A stretch of 64,000 nucleotides of DNA from the human T2T-CHM13v2.0 reference genome, Homo sapiens, in assembly GCF_009914755.1 (NCBI RefSeq), contig NC_060925.1. The stretch is one strand, 5' to 3'. Position numbers and translations under genes: made by a program. Positions within the stretch are counted from its first letter, which is position 1; each line of letters starts with the position of its first letter. Shown in pieces: positions 27,601 through 42,694 of the stretch. The notes beneath the pieces were generated by a model. The model had not been told where the DNA came from, made no database searches, and saw only the letters and a program-made list of their open reading frames with translations.

Positions 27601-29309
27601 TGGGAATATCTAACTGTTGTGAGAATAAAATGCAAACACTTTGTTTTGTAGTTTTAAATATTTGGTAAAATGTACATATAGTAAAGGAAATAATTAGCAT
27701 ATATGAGCTCCATTAGAAACAAAAATTAAAATGACAGCAAGATTAAATAGCAACAATGGTTTCTTTAGGATGATACAATTATGGGTGGGACTTCTACAAG
27801 CTTCTTTATTCCTCTTCCTTTATACTTCTATGCACTTCTCTGGAAGTACAGAGGTTTCAAACAACCAGTTGCAATAGTCTGGGTAGGCAACACTGTTGGA
27901 ATCATATGCCCCCCTCTCCCCTTCTGGTTATAAAATACTGAGTGGTTCCATTTCCATATTTCCCCAGTGGTCAATCTTTGGCATGAGATCAAACACCACA
28001 ATATGTTTTAGAAGGGTGTGAGAAAAGGAAAGCAGACCACTAGAACTTAAGGGCTTTGGCAGTCTGAACTATGAGGTGAGTTTGGAGAGGATGATTTAAA
28101 ATAAATGAGGAAAAAAAGCCTCTGGCTTTTGGCAAGAGCACATGAAATACCATTGCACGGCTCTCCTGCCTCTGTGCCCCATCCAGCACCATTAGGAAGG
28201 GATGGATATTTGCTTGCTTTGGATTCAGTATTTGGCTGTTCTTCAAAATATTCCATCCATTTCCAAATGAGTACTGGCTTCTTCCAGACCTCCAAATCAT
28301 AAGACATTTAAGATCAGGGTGAAGGCCCCATGGCATAGCAACATGGGGTATTTACTCTGGCCTCTTGCGAGATGTTTATAATGAGACATTAAGCTACTAT
28401 GGGTGTTTTCTGTGCTTCAACTTTACTTATGTGGAATTCTCAGAAGACACCTCCCCTCCTAAAGAAGGATCTTCTTCTCAACTGTGGATACTTCCATCTC
28501 TTCAAGATCCCCACAGGCCCATGATGTTTCCTGATATCTGGATGAAGGGGACACTTGAAGCCACAGCAATTTGCTGCAGGGCAGCCTCTCCTTTTGGCAA
28601 TACTGAGTCTTTTGTCTAGGAAAAGACAGCCCAGCAACTGCCTCCGTTTCCATTGTTCTCTAGTACTGGGGTGGGTTTGCAGGAAAGTTGCCTCTGAGCA
28701 GATGGCAGTGCTGTTTGATGGAGGGATTTCACGTTCAGAACACCAATGAATCGAGGTTTGTATGTTCACACTGTGCACTGCTTCGTACCTGGCACAAATT
28801 GCATATTTTTACAGTATTGCCTGTGGATATGGCCCACTTAAATTGCCTGTGTAGAAATCATGGCTCAATTTATGTCCTGTTCCAAATCTGCTGCAGAAGA
28901 GTCCACCATGCAAGAGACTGATTTTTAATTGGCAGAACGTAAGGAAATCGTTTTTTACAGAATTTTTTTTAAATAGCTGTAACATTTATTGAAATAAAAT
29001 ATTGGATGAAATTCACCATATATGTCAACTCAATGAAAAGATTCAGGAAGCTGAGGTTAAAGTCATAAGCTGAGAGAAGAGATTATAAAAGGTACAGAGG
29101 AAGAATGTTCACCCTTGAATGGCTGAGTCTCTCAGAGTTCTGCTCCAAACTTTCTTCTCATTCTACATTCTCTCTCTGCTGGATTCCATCATTCTTGTCC
29201 TTTCAAAGCCCTCCTCTTTGCTGACCACCTATGTATGAAATCTACATTCCAAGTCCCAGCCTGTTTCCACATTTCCCATTTCCTGTGGCTTACCCAATAT
29301 TTCTGGTAA

Positions 29310-29914
<605 letters not shown>

Positions 29915-29993
29915 TTAATGCAAGTCTTTTAAGTGGTCTTGCAGTACATGCCAAGTATGCCACCAATATTATCTTTCAAAAATATAGATTTCA

Positions 29994-30106
29994 GGCAGTT
30001 CCTGTGGCTCACACCTGTAATGCCAAGGTTTTGAGAGGCTGAGACAGGAGAATCCCTTAAAGCCAAGAGTTCAAGACCAGCCCTGGCAACATAGCAAGAC
30101 CTTATC

Positions 30107-30146
<40 letters not shown>
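29994..30146 (+). mobile_element. FLAM / left Alu monomer with A37 tract
   Basis: gtggctcacacctgtaat..gagttcaagaccagc..caacatagcaagacc, then A at 30110-30146. Confidence 0.85.
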
Positions 30147-30148
<2 letters not shown>

Positions 30149-31074
30149 TGTGAAATTAAAAAAATAATAATAAATTAGATTTGGACATGTTATTTCCTAT
30201 GTAAAACATTTCTAAAACTTCCATAGTTAATGGCAAGATTCTCTGGGGCAAACAACCCAGCGAAAACCGCAGAATTAAAAAAAAGATACTCCCATACAAT
30301 GCATATCAATCTGGCTTGGTTAACTAATTATTTCTTTTTAATTTTTGGCCAACCTCCCTCCCCACACCACTTGGCCTTAGGTATGTGACCCCCACATGCA
30401 GGCCTTCTCCATGCCTTTAGACCCCCTGGATTCTCACTCCCCTATCTTCATTCATTCTGATTCATTTTCCTGGAAATTATAACCTTCCTCCTAGACAGAA
30501 TTAATTGCTTTCTCATCTATGTTTCCAGAGAAAGTTATATATTCATCTCTTATAGCACTCTTCATGCTACATCTTTATTATTTATGTGTCTATGTCTGCC
30601 ATAAGTTTTAATGTTTCAAGGACACGGATTGACCCTTACTTATCTTTATATCCCAGGCCATGTGCTGTGTGCCTGCCAAAGAGGAAGTGCTTCAGGACCA
30701 TTCTCTGAAATGAATTAAGAAAATGCCTTTGTTGCTTGTGATGAATCAGAAAGCCACCTGACAAAGACTCCCAAGCCATGAATCCCCAAATACTTACTGC
30801 CAGCACTAAAGACACCTGAAAGAGATGTAATAGGGTCCAGAATCCCCCAGTGAAATTCAACTTGTTTATTACCATAGGGCTTTGGCCTACAAAACCTGCC
30901 CTTGTCACTTAAGCTGAATATGTGAGAATTAAAGACATTCTTGCCTCTAGCCTAAGATTTAGCCCATGTTTTTCTGCTGTGACTCTTGGGATCTCATGGG
31001 ATAAATGGGTAGAAAATGCACCCTAAAGCAAGAGACTGATTTTTAATCAGCAATTTATTATCACTACTCCCTAA

Positions 31075-31109
31075 CACACACACACACACACACACATATA
31101 TACACACAC
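31075..31109. repeat. (CA)n/(TA)n compound microsatellite
   Basis: Directly visible. Confidence 0.9.
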
Positions 31110-31859
31110 TTCCACCCTTAGTAGAAAGGCATGATTTTTTTCTTTGACTTTGACCCATATCTTTAGTCCTTTTCAAGAGGCTGAGATTTGATCTTGATTA
31201 TAACTCTAGTTTTTATTTTTCCGAAAATTTCAAGTCTCTATTAGAGGTAGTTGCCAAGGCAGTAGTAAGCGCAAAGACGTATAGTCTTCCATGGAATGTC
31301 CTTTCCTACCCTATAGGGACTCTCATAGGCAGAGGAGCAGAGGACATGAGAGTGGAAAGACACAGAAACTTTTAAAATCACAGATGACTTGGTCAGAGCT
31401 AAGCACCAGAAAGATAACAGTGAAAAACATATGAAAAATACACTGAAGCAACAGGCTTGAGGCAGGGAAACCAGAGCAGAAGATGCTTGCAAGATCCTTG
31501 GAAAGAGATTCTGAGGTCCTAAGTGAGAGTCCTGGTAATGAGGAAAGAGAAGGGAGGTGGGATGGTGGTGGCAGCATTAATAATAGAGGTATATGTAGTG
31601 GAAGCAATTATCAGTTGTACTCGGGTTTCAATGAACTTACAAAAGACATGGTGTCAAGTGGTTTACATTCATTAAATCATTGAAAACCTGGATAACCAGT
31701 CTACGAGGTATCCTTTCCACTCTAGATTTTAAAAACTAAGGCCTAGAGAAGATAGCAACTTTCACATGGTCACACACTTCTTCAGTTGGAGAACCGGGTC
31801 TTGAATTTCAGTCTGATGGTCCCCAGAGACTCTACTCTTTTGCTTAGGAGGTAGGATGA

Positions 31860-32180
31860 ATATGACTTATTGAGCTTCTAGAAGAGTGTAGAACATGAAA
31901 GAGGAAAGAAGAGCCAAAGCTAAGCATAGAGCTTTGTGCCTGGATGACTGACAGCTTGGCGATCCCATTAGTAGAAGTGGGGCACAGAATAGGGAGGAAC
32001 AGATTTCCTGGTGGGACAAGTTCAATGCTAGGTGTGGTAAGTTTGAGACACACGTGGTACATCTACAGGGAGGTGTGCAATTGGCTGTTGCAGATGAGGG
32101 CTGAACCCACCAGGTCATTTTCTCAAATGCCTTGAGGACCAAATGTGGATTACAAAAATGGGCATAGGGAGACAACCTTC
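31860..32180 (-). mobile_element. L2 fragment
   Basis: agttcaatgctaggtgtggtaagtttgag..ggaggtgtgcaattggctgttg antisense L2 block. Confidence 0.6.
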
Positions 32181-32920
32181 AAAGGCAGATACAACAGTTA
32201 AATCTCGATGCTTAAAGCTGTTTGAAACAGACCCCAGATAATGCAGTCCAGCTTCCTCTACTCTTGCTTTTAAGTGAAGAGACAATATAAGTTTTGTATT
32301 ATTAAAGCATATTTCCTCCTCAGCCCTGGGCCTACAATCAGTTCCTTCATTTGTAAAATAATGATTTAGCAATAATTTACATTTCCTCAAGAAAGCATGT
32401 AAATTTGATATTGGGGTATAAGCCCAACTATTCTGATTTTTTTAACAATATATCACATAGAACATCTGGCTAGTTCCCCAGATTTTGTTCATGGCGGTAT
32501 TTGAAAGTTTTTCTCCATTTCTGTTTAAAGCAACATTAGTCACCTTCCCTTTCATATCTACCTCTTTCTTTTTCTTCCTTTCTTTCTTTTTCTTTTCTTT
32601 ACTTTTGTTTTCTTTTTATTTTTCTTTTCTTCTTTCTTTGTGTTTAAGATACAATTCAATTCAGTGTGTTTGTCAGTGGGTTTGCTATCATTTGGTAGGC
32701 AGAGTTTCTGGCTGGCACACTATGATAATCCTCCAGGGCACTATTTCTATTATACTCTTGCAGAAGGGATATACTAATGTGAATACCTTTATGTAATATA
32801 AAGACCAGAAAAGGGAGAATCAATACATATTTTGAAGTAAATAGTTCTAAGAGATTCATTGTTACATGTAAACTAACCACAGAGATTCAGAGCACTCCTC
32901 AAAAAAAAACTTTGAATATA

Positions 32921-34149
32921 CTACCATTTGCCACATAAGGAGGTTTTGGGCAATGACAGACCATGCACATGAAAGGAATCCCATAAGAGTATAATGAAGC
33001 TGGAAATTTCCGATTGCCTAGTGACATTGTAGCTGTCATAATGTTGGAGCATGTAACACATTACTTACGTGTTTGTGGTGATGCTAGTGTAAACAAACCT
33101 ACTGTGTCTTCAGTCATATAAAAGTACAGCATATACAGTTATGTGCAGTACATAATACTGGATAATGATAATAAATAACTGTGTTTCTGGTTTATGTATT
33201 TGCTATACTATTCTATTTATGTTTATTTTATAATGTATTCCTTCTACTTATAATTAAAAAGTTAGCTGCAAACAAGCCTCAGGCAGGTCCTTCAGGAGGT
33301 ATTCCAGAAGAATACATTGCTGTCTTAGGAGATGACGGCTCTGTGTGTGTTATTGTCCCTGAAGACCTTGCAGTGGGGCAAGATTTGAGGGAAGAAGTTA
33401 GTGATATTGATGATCCTGACCCTATGTAGGCATAGGCTAATGTGTGTGTGTGTGTGTTTGTGTCTTTGTTTTTAATGAAAAAATTTAAAAAGTAAAAATA
33501 AATAAACAATTGAAAAATAGAAAAAAAAGCCTTGTAGAATAAGAATATAAATAAAGAAAATATTTTTGTAAAGCTGTATAATGTGTTTGTGTTTTAAGCT
33601 AAGTGTTACTACAAAAGAGATAAAAAGTTTAAAAAAGTAAAGTTTTTAAAGTAAAAATGTTACAGTAAGCTAAGATTAATTTATTACTGAAGAAAGTAAC
33701 GTATTTATAAATGTTGTGCAGCCTAAGTGTACAGTATTCATAAAGTCTACAGAAATATACAGTAATGTCCTACACCTTCACATCCACTCACCACTCACTC
33801 ACTGACTCACCCAGGGTAATTTCCAGTCCTGCAAACTTCATTCATATTAAATGCCCTATACATGCGTAACTTTTTTACCCTTTATATTTTGTGTTTTTCC
33901 TATGTTTACATATGTCTAGATAAACAAACACTTATCACTGTGTTACAATTGCCTACAGTATTCAGTATAGTAACATACTCTACAGGTTTATTGCCCAGGA
34001 GCAATAGGCTATCCTTTATAGCCTAGGTATGTAGTAGGCTTTACTATCTAGGTTTGTGTAAGTACACTCTGTGATGTTGGCACAATGATGAAATTGCCCA
34101 ATGATGCATTTCTCAGAACATATGTCCATTGTTAAGTGACACATGACTA
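32921..34149. mobile_element. Full-length Tigger3b (Golem/MER7-type) non-autonomous TcMar-Tigger
   Basis: Degenerate TIRs (ctaccatttgccacataagg / gttaagtgacacatgacta), TA on both flanks, ~1.23 kb, internal cctcaggcaggtccttcaggaggtattccagaagaa. Confidence 0.9.
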
Positions 34150-35759
34150 TAGATATAAGAATAAAAATAAGTGGATAAGGAGTAGATGGAAGTTTCCAGT
34201 TTTAAAAGACTTATAGATTCAGATTCATGTGAATTTAATTTCAGTCTAATTCAACAAATATTTTTGAGCATCTATTATTTACAAGATACTCTTCTTAGCA
34301 CCATGTAGACTATAAGAAAGAAAAAGCCATATTATCTCTGTCCTAAAGAAGCTTTTATTCTAATAAACAATAGACTGTGATTGGTAAACACATGCCACAT
34401 GTTCCGTATATTCTAATCATTTTTCCATGGCGGACATTCCTTCTCACTTATGACATTCTTTTCCACTGAGCTGGACAAAATCTCACACTCCATTTTATTA
34501 CTGTGATCCAGGCATTACCACCAATCAATCTAATTTGACAAACAAAATAAAACCTATTTGTCCCCCAGGGCCAGATAGATGCATACAAATTAACATTTCA
34601 GGCAGATTTTATTAAATGCTATATAGAGAATCAATATCATCTTTTAGGAAGAGAGAAGATGGGAGAGATTAATTTGAAATGGGAACTTTTCAAAAAGATT
34701 CCATGGTGAATGTGGCATTGCACTGGACATTGAAGGATGAGTACATCGTTCAATCATTCATTTAACAACATCTCACAGATCACCTGGTACACCAAGCACT
34801 ATGCTGAGTACCGAGCTCAATGCTGCATTCGATTCAAGTCCCAGTTCTACTTCTGAGTTTCACTAGAATAATTTAGAAAATCCCTGAAACTCTATGACCC
34901 TAAGTTTCCCTATCTGTTTGGTAGAGACAAGATGAGATGATTATTAGGAGACCTTGTGGCTCCTTAAATTCTGTAATACTGTGAAAATTATTCTGGCCAG
35001 AAGCATGAGAAGATCAATAGCCACCACTCTTTTCTAGTATTCCCTAATCCAAATTATAGTCTATCGAACTATCTAAAGTCTCTTCTTGCAGTACAGGAGT
35101 AAGAAAAAAACTAATGTGGTCAAGATGGAGCACAGACTCTAACCCCTTTCACTAAGGGTACAGAGCTGAGGATGGAGAGTCTTTCTGCACATCAGTGTTT
35201 GGGTAACTAGTCATGGTAGGCCAGCTGCTGATGGAAGCGACTTCAACTCTGTGTCTCAGCAGCAGGAAGGTGGGGCTCTACCACACAGACATTAGGGACC
35301 CAGGATTCTTCTAATTTGTGTCTTGGTCATCCTTAGGGCCTCAGAGTCCCTCTAACAGGGAAGTTGCCATGTGAAAGCCATACCTATTGTTAACTGCCTC
35401 ACTCCAGGTGTGACATAGATCTCTGCCACTGTCATTTCATTGGTGAGGATTTGTCTCAAGACAACACTGAGAGGCAAGAGTGGTGCACATATAATATAGC
35501 TAAATGCCAGAATAAAAATAAATAAGATTTGGTGAATATATAGCATTTTCTCTGACACTCTAACTGATTCATAGTGGATCACAATTTTTATCTCATTATT
35601 CAAAATATTTATTCTTCTTTGTCAGTATAGAGTGGAAAGACATGCTCTCAACATTGTAGGGGATGGTATTTCTTTATTGGCACTAGAATCTTTCCTGAAA
35701 GAGCTATGGTTAAGTGAAGTGTTTCCAACATGCTTATTTTTGTAATGAATAATCCAAGT

Positions 35760-36232
35760 TTAGGACAGGTAAACTAATGGCTTCCCAAAGATGTCCACAT
35801 TCTAATCTCCAGAACCTTTGAATTTGATACTTTACATGGAAAAAGGGACTTTGCAGATGGGATTAAATTAAGGATCTTGAGATGCAAAGATTAGCCCGGA
35901 ATTATTCAGGTGGGCCCAATATAAGGGCAAGGTGCCTTATAGGTGAAAGAGGGTGGCAGGAGAGTTAGAGTCAGAGAAGGAGACATGATGACAGAGCAGA
36001 GATCAGAGTGATGTGATATGAGAAAGACTCCACTGGACATTAATTACTTTGAAGATGAACAAATTTTAAAAAGGCAAGGAAATAGGCCAGCCCAGTTATG
36101 CTGATACATGATTTTAGCCCAGGAAAACCCAGAGGTCACCCAGTGACCTTGACAACAGTAAGATAATATATTTGTGTTGTGTTAAGCCAAGTCTGTGGTC
36201 ATTTGTTACAGCAATAATATGAAAATAATACA
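35760..36232 (+). mobile_element. MLT1D-like solo LTR
   Basis: cccaaagatgtccacattctaatc..aaaagggactttgcagatg..atttgttacagcaata..taataca. Confidence 0.85.
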
Positions 36233-36514
36233 GAGGGAAAGGACCAAAATCAGTAATAGCTAATATTTATTGAGTGTACACTGTGTTCCAAGCATTGTTC
36301 CAAGCCTTACAATTGTTAACACATTTAATCCTTTAATACTATTTTTAGTCCCATGAGGCAATGAGAAAATGGGTACAGAGAGGCTAAGAAACTTTCCCAA
36401 AGTCACACAACTAGTAAGTAAAAGAGCTACAATATTTATCCACCACTAGGATCATATCATTAAAGAAAAGTTTGATATGATAGATTAACTAAAACACATA
36501 CACATCAGACACAC

Positions 36515-37030
36515 ACACAGGCACTGCAATATTTTGCAACTCCTTCCTTCAAAAACCCATGAGCTGAGATTGCTAATATTATTTTCAGCAAATCTATAAA
36601 ACTGAAAGCTAATCTACACTGTTTGGAATCTATTTTTCCAACCAACCCTTGTATCTGGGCTTGTTCATGTGATTTGTTTTGTCCAATAGAACAGCAGCAA
36701 CATAATAAAAGCAGAAGCTTTAAAAAGAGCTTGCACACTGGAGTTTGCCCTCTCTTGTTTTTGGAACCCAGTCACCACGGAGAGAAAAAGCCAGAGCTGC
36801 CTATCAGATGTTAGAAATACGTGGTTCAGTTGCCCCATCACCTGATCCAAACTCCAAATAGGTGACTGAAGCCATCTTAGACCAACAAGCCTCAATCAGC
36901 CCTCTGACTATACCACATGAGTGAGTCTAGATAGGACATGCAGAAGAACCATCCAGCTGAGCCCAGACCAAATGGCCAGCAGAATAAAATCATGACAACA
37001 AATAATGTAGCAAAAACTAATTCAAAAACA
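36515..37030 (+). mobile_element. MLT1F/G-like solo LTR
   Basis: gcagaagct..agcttgcaca..gccatcttagac..cagaagaaccatccagctgagcccag. Confidence 0.75.
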
Positions 37031-38888
37031 TGGGCCATTGAGAAGTTATAACACTTTGGAAATATATTCAACATCTCAGGCCTTTTTAGCTAACTCTTGC
37101 TGACTCCTAACGAATTAGTATTGGGGTTGGTGATTGAATTAATTCGCTACCTTCCAAATCTCTTTATAGGTTTTCTGAAAATAAAAGTAGCAATCTCAAC
37201 CACTGTGCTCTTAAATAAAAGGAAAGGTACTACTTTTAACCAAAATCATAACTGGCATAATAGGAATATCTGTAAAAAAATTTAAAATACCTATTTAGCA
37301 TTAACAACATGCAGTTTTATTAAAATGCTTAGCACTTTTGTCTATGAAGATCTTAATGTCTTTTTGCCATAGTCCTCCAGTTTTGAGTTTAATATCTTTA
37401 ACAAACAGAAACTCTATTTTATTTTTTGAAGAAAAAAAAGTTCAGACATAACTTAGGACATTATAAAGCAGTTTTTTAAAAAAACACAGAAAAGTTTTCT
37501 AGGAGTAAGTACTATGGAAGAATTACAGGACCCCAACAGAAAAGGCCCATAATTGTTGCTGCCACATCAATGCAATTTACTATAGTGCATTTTTTACCCA
37601 AAGCCAGTCCATCACCATACCCCAGATTTTTAAATGTTTAAGATGAAAACTTACGATTCCAGAAACCACACCATTGCAGTTCTTTAACAGACTCTATTCC
37701 ATTATTCAAAGTAGTTTATATGATCCTAGAGTCACCAGAAAATCTTATAACTTGCCTCTGGTTCCACTAGGGAAATTATGCTTCCCTATTTTTCCACAAC
37801 CTTCTAAAGCAACTGTACAAAAATCAAATTGTTTTTCTAGAAGTCACCAATAACGTTTCACATTTTAAGCAACACAAAAAAAGAAGCCTGGGTTCCAGCT
37901 CACACAGTGATTTATGACTAACCCCTTCTGAGCAATTCCTATTTATACATTCATTTGTCGTGTCCTCGGGTGCTATATTTTTGGCAGCATCACTGGACAC
38001 AATATAGAGGGTCCCAATTTTCCCCCTGAATCTTAAGAAAACACTTGGCAGAAGTGAAATGATACTGCCTTTTAATTTTCTTGTAGAAATCTGCGGTTTG
38101 TGTAACATGACTCAGTCTAGTTCTGATTAATGGGGATGCATTTTGTTCCCTGCAATAGCCAAGTCCACAGGTATTAAAAGCTCTCACAATCCAAATATTG
38201 GAATTAAATGCAAAGCCCTGAGCTCAGAATTTACTGCTCTAAGGAAGAGATTACAAAGGAATTTGAAATAAATCCAGTGGTAAATTTAAGGAAGTTCCTG
38301 AGCTATTGTTTCCTCCTGCAATGGATGCCTGCGACCCTGGCTTGATAAACTGCTTGGATAAGAACTGGCCCCAAAGTAACCTTTGTACTAGCAGTGATGT
38401 AAGGAATGACTCCCTGTAACTAAGGGAGTATCACATATGAATTTGGGGGCCGATATACAAGATAGGATTATCCTGTTAAGACTGTCAATAGTGAGGTCAT
38501 GCCTGATGTCAGTCACCCTCAGACAGGAAGGCTGAACACAGAAACCATTCCTCTCAAAGCATCACTCTGACCACATTAGTATGGCTGCTCAAATTGTGAT
38601 AGCTATTTGATGCCTATGAAAATAAGTTAAAAGACCTTAGCTGGACGTTAAAGTATCCTCCAACATTTAAATTCTCAAACCCCATTTTCAGGCATTACGT
38701 TTCCTTTTTGTGATCTGACTTCTTATCCTTTCCTTCCCCCTGCCATTGTTCATCATGTTTTCCCTTACTGGAAATAGCATCTTTTAGGTTTCAAGGCTCT
38801 CCAGTGCTACTTCCTCATTGTTATGATCCTCTTGCCCTCAGCTAGAAGTGACGTCTTTATCCTTTTAAATGCTAGCATTTTCTGCACT

Positions 38889-40830
38889 TTTTAAAAATAA
38901 GTTTTATTGTGTATATTTAAGTTACACAACATAAGATACATACATATAGTAAAATGGCTACTATAGTGAACCAAATTAACATATTCTTTATCTCACATAG
39001 TTACCCATTCCCCCCGCCATTGTCCCATGGCAAGAGCACCTATAAGCTACTCATTTAGCAAAAATACTAAATATAATACACTATTATTAACTATAGTCCC
39101 TCATGCTTTACACTAGATCTTTTGATTTGTTCATCTTACATAGTTGATACATTGTATCCTTTGACCTACATCTTCCCTTTTCTCCCCTGCCATCCCAACC
39201 ATGGTAATCATTGTTTTATTCACTATCTCTATATATAAGACATATTTTTATTTCACGTATAAGTGAGATCATGCAATATTTGTTCCTTTTTCTATGTCTG
39301 GCTAATTTTACTTAGCATGTCTTTCAGATCCTTCTGTGTTGCATCAAGTGGAAGGATCTCCTTTTTTAAGGCTGAATAATATTCCATTGTATATCTATAC
39401 CACAGTTTCTGCATCCTTTCACCCATCAATGGACATCTAGATTCTTTCCACATCTTAGCTATTGTGAATAATTCTGGAATGAACATGGGAGTGAAGATAC
39501 CTTTATGAGGTGGCAGTTTCACTTATTTTGGGTACGTACCTTAAAGACATATTACAGGGTCACATCGTAGTTCAATTTTGTATTTCTTTAGGAACTTCCA
39601 TATTGTTTGTCTTTGTGGCTGCACTAGTCTGCATTTCCATCAACAGTGTACAAGGGTTGCCTTTCTCCACACCCTTGTCAACATTTGCTGTCTCTTGTCC
39701 TTTTGATAATAGCTACCCTAACAGGTGTGAGGTGGTATATCAGAGCAGTTTTGATTTGTGTTTCCCTGAAGACTAATGATGTTGAGCACATTTTCATGTA
39801 CTTATCGATTATTTCTATGTCATATTTGGAGAAATGCCTATTAAAGTCACTTGGCCATTTTTTAATTGGCGGCTTTTGTTATTAAATTATGAGTTCTTTA
39901 TAAATCTTGGATATTAACCTGTTATCTGATACATAGTTTGCAAATTTTTTTTACAATCTACAGGTTGCCTTTTTATTTTGTGGCTTGCTTTCCTTGATGG
40001 GCAGATGATTTTTTATTTGATATGGTCTCATTTACTTATTTTTGCTATTGCAGCCTGAGCTTTTGGTGCAATAGCCAAGAAATCATTGCCAAGGCCAATG
40101 TCAAGGACCTTTTTCCCTGTTTTTTCCCCTCTATTTTTTATTTTTATTGAGTCAAGATTTTACTCTTTTACCCAAGCTGCAGTGTAGTGGTGTGATCACA
40201 ACTCACTGTAGCCTCCACCTCCAAGTATCAAGAAATCCTCCTGTCTCAGCCCCCAAAAGTGCTGGTATTATAGGCATGAGTCACTGTGCCTAGCTTCTTC
40301 TAGTAGTTTTATAACTTCAGTACTTATATGTATTTCTTTCATCCATTTTGAATTAATATTTGTGTGTGGTATAAGGGTCAAATTTCATTTATTTTGCATA
40401 GGGAAACCCAGTTATTCCAGCATCACTTATACAGCTATGTGGAATCCAGAAAACTCTCTCAGCTGGGTCTAGTGCCTGTGAGGACTATAGGAGCCCCTAG
40501 TGGTGAGAACTGTAGGTATCTAAAGTAGTGATGGAGGCTGCTGAGTGCTATCGTCTACCTTTTCCTCACAGACAGAAGTCCCTCCTGGTTCCAAGGTGAT
40601 CCTATCTGGGGAATGGGTTAGGGAAGGTGAGTTGTTTCCTTCCATCCTCTAGGTAGTCATCCTGGGTTTCTGTTCTCTACAGGATTTATGCTACTCCTTT
40701 GATGTACTCCAGTGCTCTCCTTTAGCTATTTTCCTTAAAAACGTTTGTTTATTTATTTCTTTGGCTGTCTGTGTGAGAGGGACAAGCACTAGGAGCTTCT
40801 TTCTAGTTGGCCATCTTGCTAATGTTCTCA
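38889..40830 (-). mobile_element. L1MA7/8-like element: 3'UTR plus ORF2 end joined directly to an L1 5' end (large internal deletion)
   Basis: Antisense 3'UTR/ORF2 at 38889-~40430; ~40431-40830 is an antisense L1M 5'UTR (rc agcaagatggccaactagaa); degenerate flanking repeat attttctgcact / atgttctacact. Confidence 0.75.
40132..40294 (-). mobile_element. Single-monomer old Alu (left-arm head, right-arm tail) inside the L1MA
   Basis: Right-arm gcagtgtagtggtgtgatcacaactcactgtagcctc joined to left-arm head caaaagtgctggtattataggcatgag. Confidence 0.75.
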
Positions 40831-40856
40831 AATGTTCTACACTGTGATAGGACTTC

Positions 40857-41579
<723 letters not shown>

Positions 41580-42253
41580 TAACAACACTGTGCCACTCTA
41601 CTAGGCACTGGAAATAGAAAGAAGACTAAAGAATAGTGTTTGATCTTAATGATTCAAAAACTGGTAGAGGAGACAGGAATATAAAATAATACATTATTAC
41701 AGCAAAAGGTAATTAGCATGATCAGTCACTATAGGGATGTATATCTTACCTCCCCATTTGAGACTTAAGCTCTTTGGGCTAAGTGTAAAACATGTCACCT
41801 GAGAGAAGATGAGTAGAGATTTCAGTCCCTGACTCTTGATGAGATGTTTACCTCTACGGAAACTCAAATGTTGTCTCCAAGGAATATATACCTATATAAA
41901 GGACATTCCAGAAAAATGCTCCCTTTTTCTTACTAGCCCTGTCCTCGGCTAGAGTCCCTATGTGGTTCTGTACCAGGCAATGCTGAGTTAAATAACTGAG
42001 GCCCTTTTATATCATTTTATATCACACCTCACCCCACCCCATCCCATATCTAATGTGGAACTTATCTAAACTACTCATTCCAGGCATTCTTCTGACTGGG
42101 AAACTCCTTATTACATTTGGCCTTCCAAAGGCAAGGCAGTTCCCAAGATGCCACTTGCAGACCTAATCTTAGCGTGACCTTAGTCTGAGGGAGTACAGGG
42201 TGAGTCACAAAGTAGATCCAAGTTTAACCATGCATCTTCCTGAAAGTACACTA

Positions 42254-42694
<441 letters not shown>

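Noticed and set aside
32550-32640. Pyrimidine-rich tract giving a Phe-rich ORF
   Set aside because: Low-complexity (TTTC)n-like sequence, not a membrane protein.
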